This document shows positions 29,717-38,017 of a stretch of 64,000 nt of DNA, piece after piece. The translations under genes and the position numbers were made by a program. Numbering within the stretch: the first letter of the stretch is position 1; every line of letters starts with the position of its first letter. This DNA comes from a virus, in IMG/VR virus record IMGVR_UViG_3300005573_000060, positions 32,001 to 96,000 of that record; one strand, written 5' to 3'. Under the pieces are notes generated by a model that saw nothing but the letters and a program-made list of their open reading frames with translations, made no database searches and was not told the DNA's origin.

Positions 29717-29800
29717 AGCCGACAGAGGGATTCGAACCCCCGATGCGTTTTATCATCCAGTTTACAAAACTGGCCCAGTCGACCGCTGTGGCATGTCGGC
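29717..29800 (-). tRNA. tRNA-Thr(UGU) with a long variable arm
   Basis: GCCGACA/TGTCGGC acceptor, CCAGT-TTTGTAA-ACTGG anticodon arm, 15-nt extra arm, GGGGG-TTCGAAT-CCCTC T arm. Confidence 0.8.
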
Positions 29801-29857
29801 ATTCTATAGTAAATATATTCTTGATTGTCTTTTTCTCTAATATACTTTAAAAAAAGC

Positions 29858-30112
29858 TTAAAGAAGTTTCACTTTATCGACATCTGAAGAAATACTTCTC
29901 CACTCATTTTTATCTAAATCGAAATACTTCAGATTTTTATAATTACTAGAATTATCTTTTGGAAGCATCTCTGGAGGAATATATTCTTCGCATAGTGTTC
30001 CATGAGCATCTCTAAGAGAACCATCTTTCTTTTTATATTGAAAATGAAGTTTTTCTTTCGAAAGTCTTTCTCTCAATTTTTCAATTGTGATGTTTTTTGT
30101 TTTCATACGCAA
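29858..30112 (-). CDS. SH3 beta-barrel / WYL_2 (DUF2693)-like protein
   Basis: FQYKKKDGSLRDAHGTL...YFDLDKNEWRS. Confidence 0.7.
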   Translation of the reverse strand: MRMKTKNITIEKLRERLSKEKLHFQYKKKDGSLRDAHGTLCEEYIPPEMLPKDNSSNYKNLKYFDLDKNEWRSISSDVDKVKLL

Positions 30113-30116
30113 AAAT

Positions 30117-30365
30117 TTAGTCTATTTTATCATTTTCAATATTATTGATATTGAATCTTTTCATTATTCTAGCTTTTGTAAGATCATACGGGCTCATTTC
30201 CAATTGAACAATATCACCTGGAATAATTTGTATAGAGTTCATACGGATTTTTCCTGAAAGATGAGCAATTACAACATGCCCATTATCGAGTCTTGCTCTA
30301 AATAGAGAGTTACCAAGAGCTTCTATTATTTCTCCTTTAACTTTAAGATTTAATTGTTTAGACAT
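30117..30365 (-). CDS. infA: Translation initiation factor IF-1
   Basis: GEIIEALGNSLFRARLDNGHVVIAHLSGKIRMN.I.I.PGD.V..EMSPYDLTKARI; start taken at MSKQ. Confidence 0.93.
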   Translation of the reverse strand: MSKQLNLKVKGEIIEALGNSLFRARLDNGHVVIAHLSGKIRMNSIQIIPGDIVQLEMSPYDLTKARIMKRFNINNIENDKID

Positions 30366-30381
30366 TAGAATAAATTTTATA

Positions 30382-30420
30382 TGCAAATATAATAAAATTT
30401 CTTAAATAAAAAAAATTTTT
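30382..30420 (-). promoter_or_regulatory. Recurring early promoter AAAAWTTTTT...TATATTT(G/A)CA
   Basis: TATATTTGCA at 30382-30391; similar elements at 32441, 34910, 40282, 48481, 49979, 50922 (minus) and 51234, 52537 (plus). Matches the Bacteroidota -7 consensus TAnnTTTG. Confidence 0.7.
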
Positions 30421-31012
30421 AGTAACTTTTTTCAATATATTTTATAAGTTTTTCTATATTATCATCCGCTCCTTTACCAAATATGTTTTTTCTTGTTTTT
30501 AAGAACTCAATTCTTTTTTTCTTATATTCTTCGGGAGAAACAAATAAGTATTCTTTACGTATTAATGATTCATATTCAACAAGATTTTCAAAACTTTTGT
30601 TAAAGATGTTATTGTCTGCATTCCAGAATATTCTTTGCAATTTATCTGATGGGGGCTTATTATATTTTATGCAATTGATCAATTCTTTAACTGTATTCAA
30701 CATTTTAGGATCATGTTTTTTAAATGATTTCTCAAAAAATTTTATAGATTTATCTTCATTGTCATCTCTTCTTGGGTCATATACAACATCGTGAAAAAAT
30801 GATGCTAATAGTAATGCATGTTTTTCATACACGTTCAATAGAGTGAACTCGGGATTGTTTTCCATATATCTTATAACATCAATTAAATGATTGATCGTAT
30901 GATAAAATCGATGTCTTTGGAGCCATGCTGATGATATAATATCAAAAGTATTTTCATGAATATAATAATCTAATATACTCTTGAAACTCATGAATGGATT
31001 TACCATATACAA
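30419..31012 (-). CDS. HD-superfamily metal-dependent phosphohydrolase
   Basis: RFYHTINH, FFHDVVYDP, DNEDKS, AD. Confidence 0.8.
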   Translation of the reverse strand: MYMVNPFMSFKSILDYYIHENTFDIISSAWLQRHRFYHTINHLIDVIRYMENNPEFTLLNVYEKHALLLASFFHDVVYDPRRDDNEDKSIKFFEKSFKKHDPKMLNTVKELINCIKYNKPPSDKLQRIFWNADNNIFNKSFENLVEYESLIRKEYLFVSPEEYKKKRIEFLKTRKNIFGKGADDNIEKLIKYIEKSY

Positions 31013-31017
31013 AGATT

Positions 31018-31275
31018 TTACTCTTTTTCGAGATCTTTGAGTTCTTTCAGTTCTTCTTCAAGATATATATTCATCATCATTAGAATCATCTGAAAATTTT
31101 CATCTTGACATTCTTGGCATATACCACTTATTTCATATTCTTTTCGAGATCTCTCATCTCTAAATTCGTTCTTATCAATTTTTTTACCACAAATTGGGCA
31201 TTTTTCATTTTCAACAGCTTCTACTTCTTTTTTGAATCCAAGATCAATCAGATTCTTTTTTGTTGAATCTTTCAT
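31018..31275 (-). CDS. Small zinc-finger protein
   Basis: CPICGK...ISGICQECQD. Confidence 0.6.
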   Translation of the reverse strand: MKDSTKKNLIDLGFKKEVEAVENEKCPICGKKIDKNEFRDERSRKEYEISGICQECQDENFQMILMMMNIYLEEELKELKDLEKE

Positions 31276-31339
31276 AAGATTTATATTTATTTTTATATTT
31301 ATTTACTTGTAAATAGTTTTACAAATTTATCTCTTTACG

Positions 31340-31412
31340 TGACCCGAGTGAGATTCGAACTCACAGCTTATAGTTTAGAAGACTATTACTCTATCCATTG
31401 AGTTATCGGGCC
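31340..31412 (-). tRNA. tRNA-Arg(UCU)
   Basis: Cloverleaf; ATAGT-CTTCTAA-ACTAT. Confidence 0.9.
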
Positions 31413-31419
31413 ATTAAAG

Positions 31420-31492
31420 TTGCGGGAAAAGGATTCGAACCTTTGTCTTTGGCTTATGAGACCAAGCTGGTACCACTCCAGTCTATCCCGCA
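31420..31492 (-). tRNA. tRNA-Met(CAU), initiator-like acceptor stem
   Basis: TGCGGGA/TCCCGCA-A; TTGGT-CTCATAA-GCCAA. Confidence 0.8.
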
Positions 31493-31527
31493 ATGTTTAA
31501 AAATTGAGTTTTTATTAAAAATTTTTG

Positions 31528-31598
31528 CGTTCCCTCCGAGACTTGAACTCAGAACAAAGGCTTAACAGGCCATTGTGATACCATTTCACCAAGGGAAC
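31528..31598 (-). tRNA. tRNA-Asn(GUU)
   Basis: TGGC-CTGTTAA-GCC; G73. Confidence 0.85.
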
Positions 31599-31603
31599 AT
31601 TAG

Positions 31604-31676
31604 CGGGCGCTGAGGAATTCGAATCCTATCCTTGGGTGTGACAAACCCATATGCTAACCATTACACCACAACGCCC
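31604..31676 (-). tRNA. tRNA-Asp(GUC)
   Basis: TGGGT-TTGTCAC-ACCCA; G73. Confidence 0.9.
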
Positions 31677-31685
31677 AAATATTTG

Positions 31686-31760
31686 TTCCTCTGATGGGAC
31701 TTGAACCCATAACCGCCTCTTTATAAGAGAGGTGCGCTAACCAACTTGCGCCACAGAGGA
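31686..31760 (-). tRNA. tRNA-Ile(UAU)
   Basis: CCTCT-CTTATAA-AGAGG; near-duplicate of the adjacent Ile(GAU). Confidence 0.85.
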
Positions 31761-31771
31761 TGTCTTATTCG

Positions 31772-31843
31772 TTCTTCCGATGGGACTTGAACCCATAACC
31801 GCCTCCTTATCAGAGAGGAGCGCTACCATTGCGCTACGGAAGA
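31772..31843 (-). tRNA. tRNA-Ile(GAU)
   Basis: CCTCT-CTGATAA-GGAGG; A73. Confidence 0.9.
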
Positions 31844-31859
31844 GTACTCTAAGTTTATG

Positions 31860-31932
31860 TGGAGCCGAGGGTAATCGAAACCCTACCTGAACAGTGCAAA
31901 TGTTCCGTGCTAGCCATTATCACTACGACCCC
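31860..31932 (-). tRNA. tRNA-Ala(UGC)
   Basis: GAACA-TTTGCAC-TGTTC; G3-U70 wobble present. Confidence 0.9.
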
Positions 31933-31939
31933 AACTTTG

Positions 31940-32010
31940 CAGGCTGTATCCGAATCGAACAGATATCTTATGATTTGGAGTCATAAATTTTACCATTAAA
32001 CTAACAGCCT
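31940..32010 (-). tRNA. tRNA-Trp(CCA)
   Basis: TATGA-CTCCAAA-TCATA; G73. Confidence 0.9.
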
Positions 32011-32016
32011 GTTAAG

Positions 32017-32089
32017 AGCGGTTAAAGAGATTCGAACTCTTTCTTTCGGCTTGGCAAGCCGACGCGCTAACCATTAACGCTATAACCGC
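32017..32089 (-). tRNA. tRNA-Gly(GCC)
   Basis: TCGGC-TTGCCAA-GCCGA; U73. Confidence 0.9.
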
Positions 32090-32097
32090 GCATATTG

Positions 32098-32168
32098 AGC
32101 GAATGAGGAGAATCGAACTCCCATCACCAGAGTGGAAGTCTGGAGCACTGCCATTGTGCTACATTCGC
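32098..32168 (-). tRNA. tRNA-Gly(UCC)
   Basis: CCAGA-CTTCCAC-TCTGG; U73. Confidence 0.9.
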
Positions 32169-32199
32169 ATAATGCAATATGTCAAAGAACTATATACTT

Positions 32200-32415
32200 T
32201 TAGTTTAATGAAACTACAGAATTGACTACTTTATTTTTCGTAGTATCTATTTTTTTAAATAGTTTCTCTTTTTTCTGAAAGGCTTTAAACATAGATAATT
32301 GCTCAATAGTTATTAATTCCTCAAATGAAATTATCTTTTCATCGAAACAATAGAAAATTATTCCGAATGGAAAAAAAGCCATAGCCTGTGTCTTATATGA
32401 AAGTTTGTTTTCCAT
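32200..32415 (-). CDS. Hypothetical protein (start moved to MENK)
   Basis: The track start at 32454 translates the promoter at 32441-32450. Confidence 0.45.
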   Translation of the reverse strand: MENKLSYKTQAMAFFPFGIIFYCFDEKIISFEELITIEQLSMFKAFQKKEKLFKKIDTTKNKVVNSVVSLN

Positions 32416-32490
32416 GAATCTTTTTATTTTTAAATTGTAGTGTAAATATAACAAATTTCTCTGAAATAAAAAAATTTTTTATAACTTTTT

Positions 32491-32706
32491 TCACTCTTTT
32501 ATGTAAAAATTTTTAACTCTCGGATTCTTTTTTATACCATTCATAAATTTCCACGGGTTATCGATGTCATAGTATTCCCTTGTAACGTCATTGTCATATG
32601 TAACTACAACACAGTATTTTTTATCTTTTAATGGAACATATCCATCAAAAAACTTATCTTCGTTAAACTTAACACCATTTAAAAATGACGATAAATTATC
32701 GAACAT
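32491..32706 (-). CDS. Hypothetical protein
   Basis: 71-aa ORF with TATAAATA upstream. Confidence 0.55.
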   Translation of the reverse strand: MFDNLSSFLNGVKFNEDKFFDGYVPLKDKKYCVVVTYDNDVTREYYDIDNPWKFMNGIKKNPRVKNFYIKE

Positions 32707-32737
32707 TTCTAATTTTTATTTATATATTCTAATTATT

Positions 32738-33361
32738 CTAAAATGTGAGTAAATAATCAGAACTTATCACATTAATCTTATTATTTCCGAGATTTTCGAA
32801 TGTTTTTTCTAACACGGAATGATCAAAAAATGCTTTAGAGCCATTCATAAAAAATATAGCATCCTTTATAAGATAAGTCTTAAATCCACAGAGTGTTGAA
32901 TCAATGGCCGTATATTTAACGGAATACTCTCCAAACAATCCACAAATAAATACATTTTTAACGCCTCTTTTTTCTAAGAATTTTTTTAGACTTACTGAAT
33001 TATTTGTTTCATCATTAGAAAATACAGAAAAACATTCAACATTTGGGTCTAAACCCTTTTTAAAAATATAGAAATCTTTCTTTATGCTTTTAAAATCTAT
33101 TTTAGAGTAAAGATCCGCTCCTGGAGTGTTTTGAATACAATGATCAGGCCATAAAATTACATTTTCTGGTAAAGCATAATTATGAGAAGATAAAAAAGAT
33201 ATATGATTATGTGGATGCCAGTCTTGTGTGAATATAATCAAATCAAATTTAGGTAAAATGCTATTTATAACAGGCAAAATGCTATCAGAATCTTTATGTG
33301 ATATAGATCCTCCTGGCATAAAATCATTTTGAACATCAACAACAATCAAACAATCTTCCAT
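32738..33361 (-). CDS. pncA: Nicotinamidase/isochorismatase-family protein (catalytic Cys replaced by Ser)
   Basis: VVDVQNDFMPGGS, QDWHP, WPDHCIQNTPGA, FKKG, GLFGEYSV. Confidence 0.85.
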   Translation of the reverse strand: MEDCLIVVDVQNDFMPGGSISHKDSDSILPVINSILPKFDLIIFTQDWHPHNHISFLSSHNYALPENVILWPDHCIQNTPGADLYSKIDFKSIKKDFYIFKKGLDPNVECFSVFSNDETNNSVSLKKFLEKRGVKNVFICGLFGEYSVKYTAIDSTLCGFKTYLIKDAIFFMNGSKAFFDHSVLEKTFENLGNNKINVISSDYLLTF

Positions 33362-33373
33362 GATATTTAAACT

Positions 33374-33826
33374 TTATGCAATCTTAGACAATTCTTTTTT
33401 AAGTTCTTCAATAGAAAAACATACATTTCCGCCATTCTCTAAAACAAATTGATACATTAGATCCCATCTTTCAGGTTCTTTATCAAAAAGAACAAAACAT
33501 GTTTTCCCTTGACCAATCATATATCCAAGCTCTAGATGAGCACTTTTTCCGGCTGGCATAATTAATATTCCGATATCAGCTCTATCTATATGAGTTTTAT
33601 CGAATTCGTAAATATGCTTTGCCGCATAATTTCTAAGAGCTTCTTTATATGTGCTTCCTCTCGTTTTCTCAAATTTCCTCCAAAAATCATCAGCTTCTGG
33701 GCCAGGACTGAACCAATCATCAAAAACCTCAAAATTAAATTCTTTTCTAATTTCTTTTGCTATAACAGGTATTTTTTCATTTCTAAGTGAACCTATTATA
33801 TAAATTATTTTCTTTTGTTTATCCAT
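33374..33826 (-). CDS. Nucleoside 2-deoxyribosyltransferase / N-glycosidase-like protein
   Basis: IYIIGS, D..HIDRAD..IL.MPAGKSAHLELGY..GQGK. Confidence 0.65.
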   Translation of the reverse strand: MDKQKKIIYIIGSLRNEKIPVIAKEIRKEFNFEVFDDWFSPGPEADDFWRKFEKTRGSTYKEALRNYAAKHIYEFDKTHIDRADIGILIMPAGKSAHLELGYMIGQGKTCFVLFDKEPERWDLMYQFVLENGGNVCFSIEELKKELSKIA

Positions 33827-33836
33827 TTTAATTATT

Positions 33837-34286
33837 TTAAATATTGTTAACAGTTATTTCGTGAAAATCTTTCATATCTTGATCTCTTTCATATATTTTT
33901 ATGCCGGCTCTCAAAAGAAGCTTTATGCCATCAACAATTCTATATCTTTGATCATAATAAACACATTTAATTCCAGATTGAATTATCAATTTTGAACATT
34001 CCATACAAGGAGAAACTGTAACATACATAGTTGCGCCATCGGAAGACTGCGCGCTTTTTGCTACTTTTGTTATTGCATTAGATTCTGCGTGCAAAACTTC
34101 GGGTTTTGTTACTCCATCTATTTCACATATATTTTCAAATCCGTAGGGCATTCCATTATAACCATCTGAAATTATAGAGTTATTCTTAACTAAAATTGCT
34201 CCTACTTTTGCTCTTTCCGCGTATGATCTTTTTGCTATTTCGTATGCGATATTCATGTATGATATATGTATATTACAATTTGGCAT
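33837..34286 (-). CDS. dCMP deaminase
   Basis: KVGAILV, GYNG, HAESNAI, SPCMECSK. Confidence 0.92.
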   Translation of the reverse strand: MPNCNIHISYMNIAYEIAKRSYAERAKVGAILVKNNSIISDGYNGMPYGFENICEIDGVTKPEVLHAESNAITKVAKSAQSSDGATMYVTVSPCMECSKLIIQSGIKCVYYDQRYRIVDGIKLLLRAGIKIYERDQDMKDFHEITVNNI

Positions 34287-34344
34287 ATTTTATTTTTTAT
34301 GATTATTAATTAGATATTTTGTATATTTCATTTTTTATTAGAAT

Positions 34345-34887
34345 TTAAAATTCATAACTAGATTCATTTGATACAGTATCCTCATAATTTATATTTGTTA
34401 TTACTAACCCAACTCCATATTTATTAAAAAGACCCAAAGCTACCTTTATGTTATCTTTTTTAAATATTACTATCAGAGGTTTATATTCAGGAATGTAAAT
34501 GGGATGTTCCGGAAACCGAACATGATAACCTTCTCCATACTTTACTTTTAGTATTGTATATAATTCAATAGCAATTTTTTCATCTTCAAAAAATTCACTT
34601 GTATCATAACTTACAAGAGGACTCATTGTAATTGCATATAGCAAATTATCACTATTAAAGCTTGGAGAAATTAAATATTGCATTTTCCCTAATACCGGTT
34701 CCCCTAATACTGTAATGACGGCAGTATCTGGTAGATAAAGAGGTACAAAATCTGGGTTGCTTTTAACATTATTTATAAATTCTGATGGAGTCATTCCTGA
34801 CTTAATTCCTTTAAACAACGAACATTGAGAAAAACTGTTTAAATGTAAATAAATTAGAACAGTAAGCAATAAAAATACTCTTTTCAT
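34345..34887 (-). CDS. Hypothetical exported protein
   Basis: Signal peptide; early promoter at 34910 and TTAACA box at 34945/34956. Confidence 0.55.
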   Translation of the reverse strand: MKRVFLLLTVLIYLHLNSFSQCSLFKGIKSGMTPSEFINNVKSNPDFVPLYLPDTAVITVLGEPVLGKMQYLISPSFNSDNLLYAITMSPLVSYDTSEFFEDEKIAIELYTILKVKYGEGYHVRFPEHPIYIPEYKPLIVIFKKDNIKVALGLFNKYGVGLVITNINYEDTVSNESSYEF

Positions 34888-35047
34888 AATAGATATTGTT
34901 TAAAAATTATATAAATATAAAACTTTTTTGTAATAAAAAAATTTTTAACAAAATTTTAACATCATATTTATTTAGAAGATATATCTTTCTTTTATGATAT
35001 ATTGATTTAGATTTTAAATAATGTCAATTAGTAAGTAATTTATTAGT

Positions 35048-35293
35048 TTACACACTATAATATTCTTTAAACCATAGCTGATACAGTTTTCTTTTTTGTT
35101 TTTCTCTTAATGCAATAACCCTAAGAGCGCCAAGTGAAACTGCATTTAACACAACATCAACTGGAATACCAGGCAACATACTATCATCAATATATTTACC
35201 AAGCCAAGGACTACCTTCTTCGGCAAATTGTTGCATCATTACGTTGTCTGGATAACATTCATAAACTTTTTTTATTAATTCTTTGCTGTACAT
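35048..35293 (-). CDS. Hypothetical protein
   Basis: 81-aa ORF. Confidence 0.5.
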   Translation of the reverse strand: MYSKELIKKVYECYPDNVMMQQFAEEGSPWLGKYIDDSMLPGIPVDVVLNAVSLGALRVIALREKQKRKLYQLWFKEYYSV

Positions 35294-35317
35294 TTTAAGT
35301 TTTTTAGTATCAAATTT

Positions 35318-35686
35318 TTAAATATTCTTTTGAAATTCATAAATATTTCCAAGTACTTTATATTCTTTAGTTAATTTTTCTCGTTTTGCGCCATAATCAA
35401 CATAAAATCCATTTTCATCGCACTTTACTACGCCTTCTCCATCATTATTTCCTAAAGACACAATATCTCCTTCAAAAATGTTTTCTATTCCAGACCATTG
35501 CATTATTTTTAATTGATTCTGAAAATATGGATTTTCGAATGGATGCGGTTTACTGGTAAGGAGTTGCTTATCAGAAGTAAACACAATCCAATCATTACTT
35601 TCTTCACCTGAGCGTATAAACTGAAAGTTGTTATGCATAACACAATTTCCTTCATCCCACGCTCTAAATTTAATTGTTCTTTCCAT
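35318..35686 (-). CDS. YopX-family protein
   Basis: IKFRAWD, MQWSG...IFEGDIV, VLGNIYE. Confidence 0.85.
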   Translation of the reverse strand: MERTIKFRAWDEGNCVMHNNFQFIRSGEESNDWIVFTSDKQLLTSKPHPFENPYFQNQLKIMQWSGIENIFEGDIVSLGNNDGEGVVKCDENGFYVDYGAKREKLTKEYKVLGNIYEFQKNI

Positions 35687-35711
35687 AAATTTAAATTTTT
35701 AAATTTGACAT

Positions 35712-37376
35712 TTAAATATTGATTTTCTTAATTTCTTCAATTACTTTAACAGGATCTATTTCAACTGTAGAAGCCTTAACATAAATATCTTGATTATAAC
35801 CATATATGCGAAATGTCTTACTATTTTCTCTTATATTAGTAGTTGTACCATAACCACAAATATTGATAATATAGAGATATGGTGTACCATATTTTTCACA
35901 ATATGATTTGTATGAAAAAAGAGCATTATCTTTAGATTGTTCGTCAGAAATAATTATAATTCTTTCGTATCCACCATTATTCATGAGAACTGGAAATATT
36001 GAGTTCCAAGAAGTCATACCTCCTGCTTCAACTAAAGAAATGCTCTTCTTAATAGTATTTATACTATCTGTAGGATTATATTGACATAATTTACAAGAAG
36101 AGGCAAATGTGTAAATGTCTGCGTTAAGTCCTTTACCAAATGTTGCTGCAATTAATCTAGCTTTATTTAAAGCAGAAGAAACTCCTCTTCTCTTATCATT
36201 TAATGTAATATTCGTACTCATACTTCCAGAAGAATCGAACACAACAGCCGTCTTACGTTTTGGCATAAGTACTTGCAGATTAGGAATAGAACGTTCATAT
36301 GCAGTATTTAAAGCAGATATGACTTTACCTATGCTAGAAGTTTTAAACTCTAATTGAAGTACTTCATTTGCTAAATCTATTTGAATTGGCCACACTAAAG
36401 ATTTTCTGATAAACTCTTCATTTACTAATAAATTACATGCTTCATCAATTAATTCTTCATCTTGTGTGATAATTATATTACGAAGATTACGAAGCAATGC
36501 AAGATAACCGATTTTTTTATCTCTGATTAGTTCCTTATAATTTTGTGTTTTAAGATCTTTAAGTTCATTTTTAGCCTCATCTTCTGAAATTTGTCTAGAT
36601 TTTATTTTTTCTGCAACAGTTTTTCCAGCATTAGAATTCTTATCTTCAACTGTATTAAATTGTTTTAACGTTCCAAGAACAAGAGCTGTAAGAGTAGGAA
36701 CATTTATTTCTTTTTCGTTGTAATGTTTAAGATCATACACTTCTTCGTATTTTGTTCCCTTTGCAGCTTTTGAAAGAGCTTCAACCGATAAACTTACAAC
36801 TCCATTTATTACAGTTGGATGAGGATGTACTAAATTAACAATATCAACGAGGGATACAGAATGATTTTTTAACTGATATTTTGCAAGAGTATATGCGTCG
36901 GAGTTTTCTATAACACTTTTGAATCCTCTCTTTATAGAGTTTGGAATTGCAGCATCTTTACCGTTTTTCTTTTGATATAATGCAAGAATTTCATTCATAT
37001 CGTCAAGACGATATATGATGCCTCCTTTATTTTTTCCGTGTTCTCTTTTTGAAAAGAATCTTTTAGCTAATTCAGTTCCACTTAAAAAAGGCAATAATTC
37101 AACGGCGCCAAAATGAGTAACAGATCTTTGTCCAAAAACTGTTCTAGCATAAATAAGTGCTTTAGCTACAAATTCTGGATTCTTTTGAGCTATTTCTTGA
37201 ATAAGCTGTTTAAAGCGAATTTCTCTTTCAGACTCATTTTCATAAAAGGTGTCATTTAGACCAGATGCTAAAATAGATATTAATTCAATCTCAGCAGTTT
37301 GTTTTAATCCATCACCATTTTCAAAAGTTTGAGAGTGACTAACCTGTTTTTGCTTTTTTGTATTATACTTTGCCAT
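35712..37376 (-). CDS. Ro60/Rsr-like TROVE + vWA RNA-binding protein
   Basis: Y.RTVFGQRS, RLDDM.EI, LAKYQ, VDIVNLVHP, IGYLALLRNLRNI (TROVE); VFDSSGSM, ISDEQ (vWA MIDAS). Confidence 0.9.
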   Translation of the reverse strand: MAKYNTKKQKQVSHSQTFENGDGLKQTAEIELISILASGLNDTFYENESEREIRFKQLIQEIAQKNPEFVAKALIYARTVFGQRSVTHFGAVELLPFLSGTELAKRFFSKREHGKNKGGIIYRLDDMNEILALYQKKNGKDAAIPNSIKRGFKSVIENSDAYTLAKYQLKNHSVSLVDIVNLVHPHPTVINGVVSLSVEALSKAAKGTKYEEVYDLKHYNEKEINVPTLTALVLGTLKQFNTVEDKNSNAGKTVAEKIKSRQISEDEAKNELKDLKTQNYKELIRDKKIGYLALLRNLRNIIITQDEELIDEACNLLVNEEFIRKSLVWPIQIDLANEVLQLEFKTSSIGKVISALNTAYERSIPNLQVLMPKRKTAVVFDSSGSMSTNITLNDKRRGVSSALNKARLIAATFGKGLNADIYTFASSCKLCQYNPTDSINTIKKSISLVEAGGMTSWNSIFPVLMNNGGYERIIIISDEQSKDNALFSYKSYCEKYGTPYLYIINICGYGTTTNIRENSKTFRIYGYNQDIYVKASTVEIDPVKVIEEIKKINI

Positions 37377-37407
37377 ATCTATTTAAAAATTAAGTTATTA
37401 TTAAAAC

Positions 37408-37449
37408 AAAAAGTGCTCTGGAAGTGGTAACATTCCCGGAGCACTTTTT
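37408..37449 (-). terminator. Intrinsic terminator in the ro60 leader
   Basis: aaaaagtgctc / gagcacttttt 11-bp inverted repeat; on minus followed by UUUUUGUUUU; about 30 nt before the ro60 ATG. Confidence 0.8.
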
Positions 37450-37484
37450 GACTCTACAACATCTTTATAGATATTATAAATTAT

Positions 37485-37590
37485 AAAAGAGCTGGGAATT
37501 AGTGAAGAAGGATACTTTGACAAATAAAGTAACTATTTAACAAATAAAGTATTTATTCATACCGATGAAATCCTTCTTCTTACCACAACC
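37485..37590 (-). ncRNA. Candidate Y-RNA-like structured RNA upstream of ro60
   Basis: Perfect 10-bp stem gaagaaggat (37504-37513) / atccttcttc (37570-37579); end motifs shared with the 40151-40236 element; Ro60 adjacency. Confidence 0.55.
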
Positions 37591-37654
37591 TTTATAATAT
37601 ATATAAAGAATATATTATATAGTTTTGTAACTTAATGTTAAAATTTTGTTAAAA

Positions 37655-38017
37655 TTATGGTTTCTTAATTGGAATTTTTCTTACTTTTATTTCAAAATAA
37701 GTAGAATCTTTGTCTTTAACATATACAGCATTATGAATAATATCATATATTGCTGTATCAGTTTTAAGAATATAAATTCTTTGTGAAACACTTCCACTAT
37801 ATCTGCTTACGTAAAATGATAGCCAATCTGTTAAAGGTGGAATATCTTTTATCTCCATCTCTTGCATGATATTCTTTAAAATTATATATGAATCTCTTTC
37901 TTTATTCGTTGGAAAAGACATTTGTAAAATATAATTGTCTCTATATTGATCATCAAAATGCTCACAATTATTGGAAGATAAAAGCAATAAAACAATAATG
38001 AGAAACAATCTTTTCAT
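37655..38017 (-). CDS. Hypothetical exported/lipoprotein-like protein
   Basis: MKRLFLIIVLLLLSSNNC signal. Confidence 0.55.
   Translation of the reverse strand: MKRLFLIIVLLLLSSNNCEHFDDQYRDNYILQMSFPTNKERDSYIILKNIMQEMEIKDIPPLTDWLSFYVSRYSGSVSQRIYILKTDTAIYDIIHNAVYVKDKDSTYFEIKVRKIPIKKP

Noticed and set aside
27183-32454. Track starts at 27218, 30386 and 32454 (MLYLH.., MHIKF..)
   Set aside because: These N-termini are translations of the TATATTT(G/A)CA promoter; downstream ATGs are more plausible
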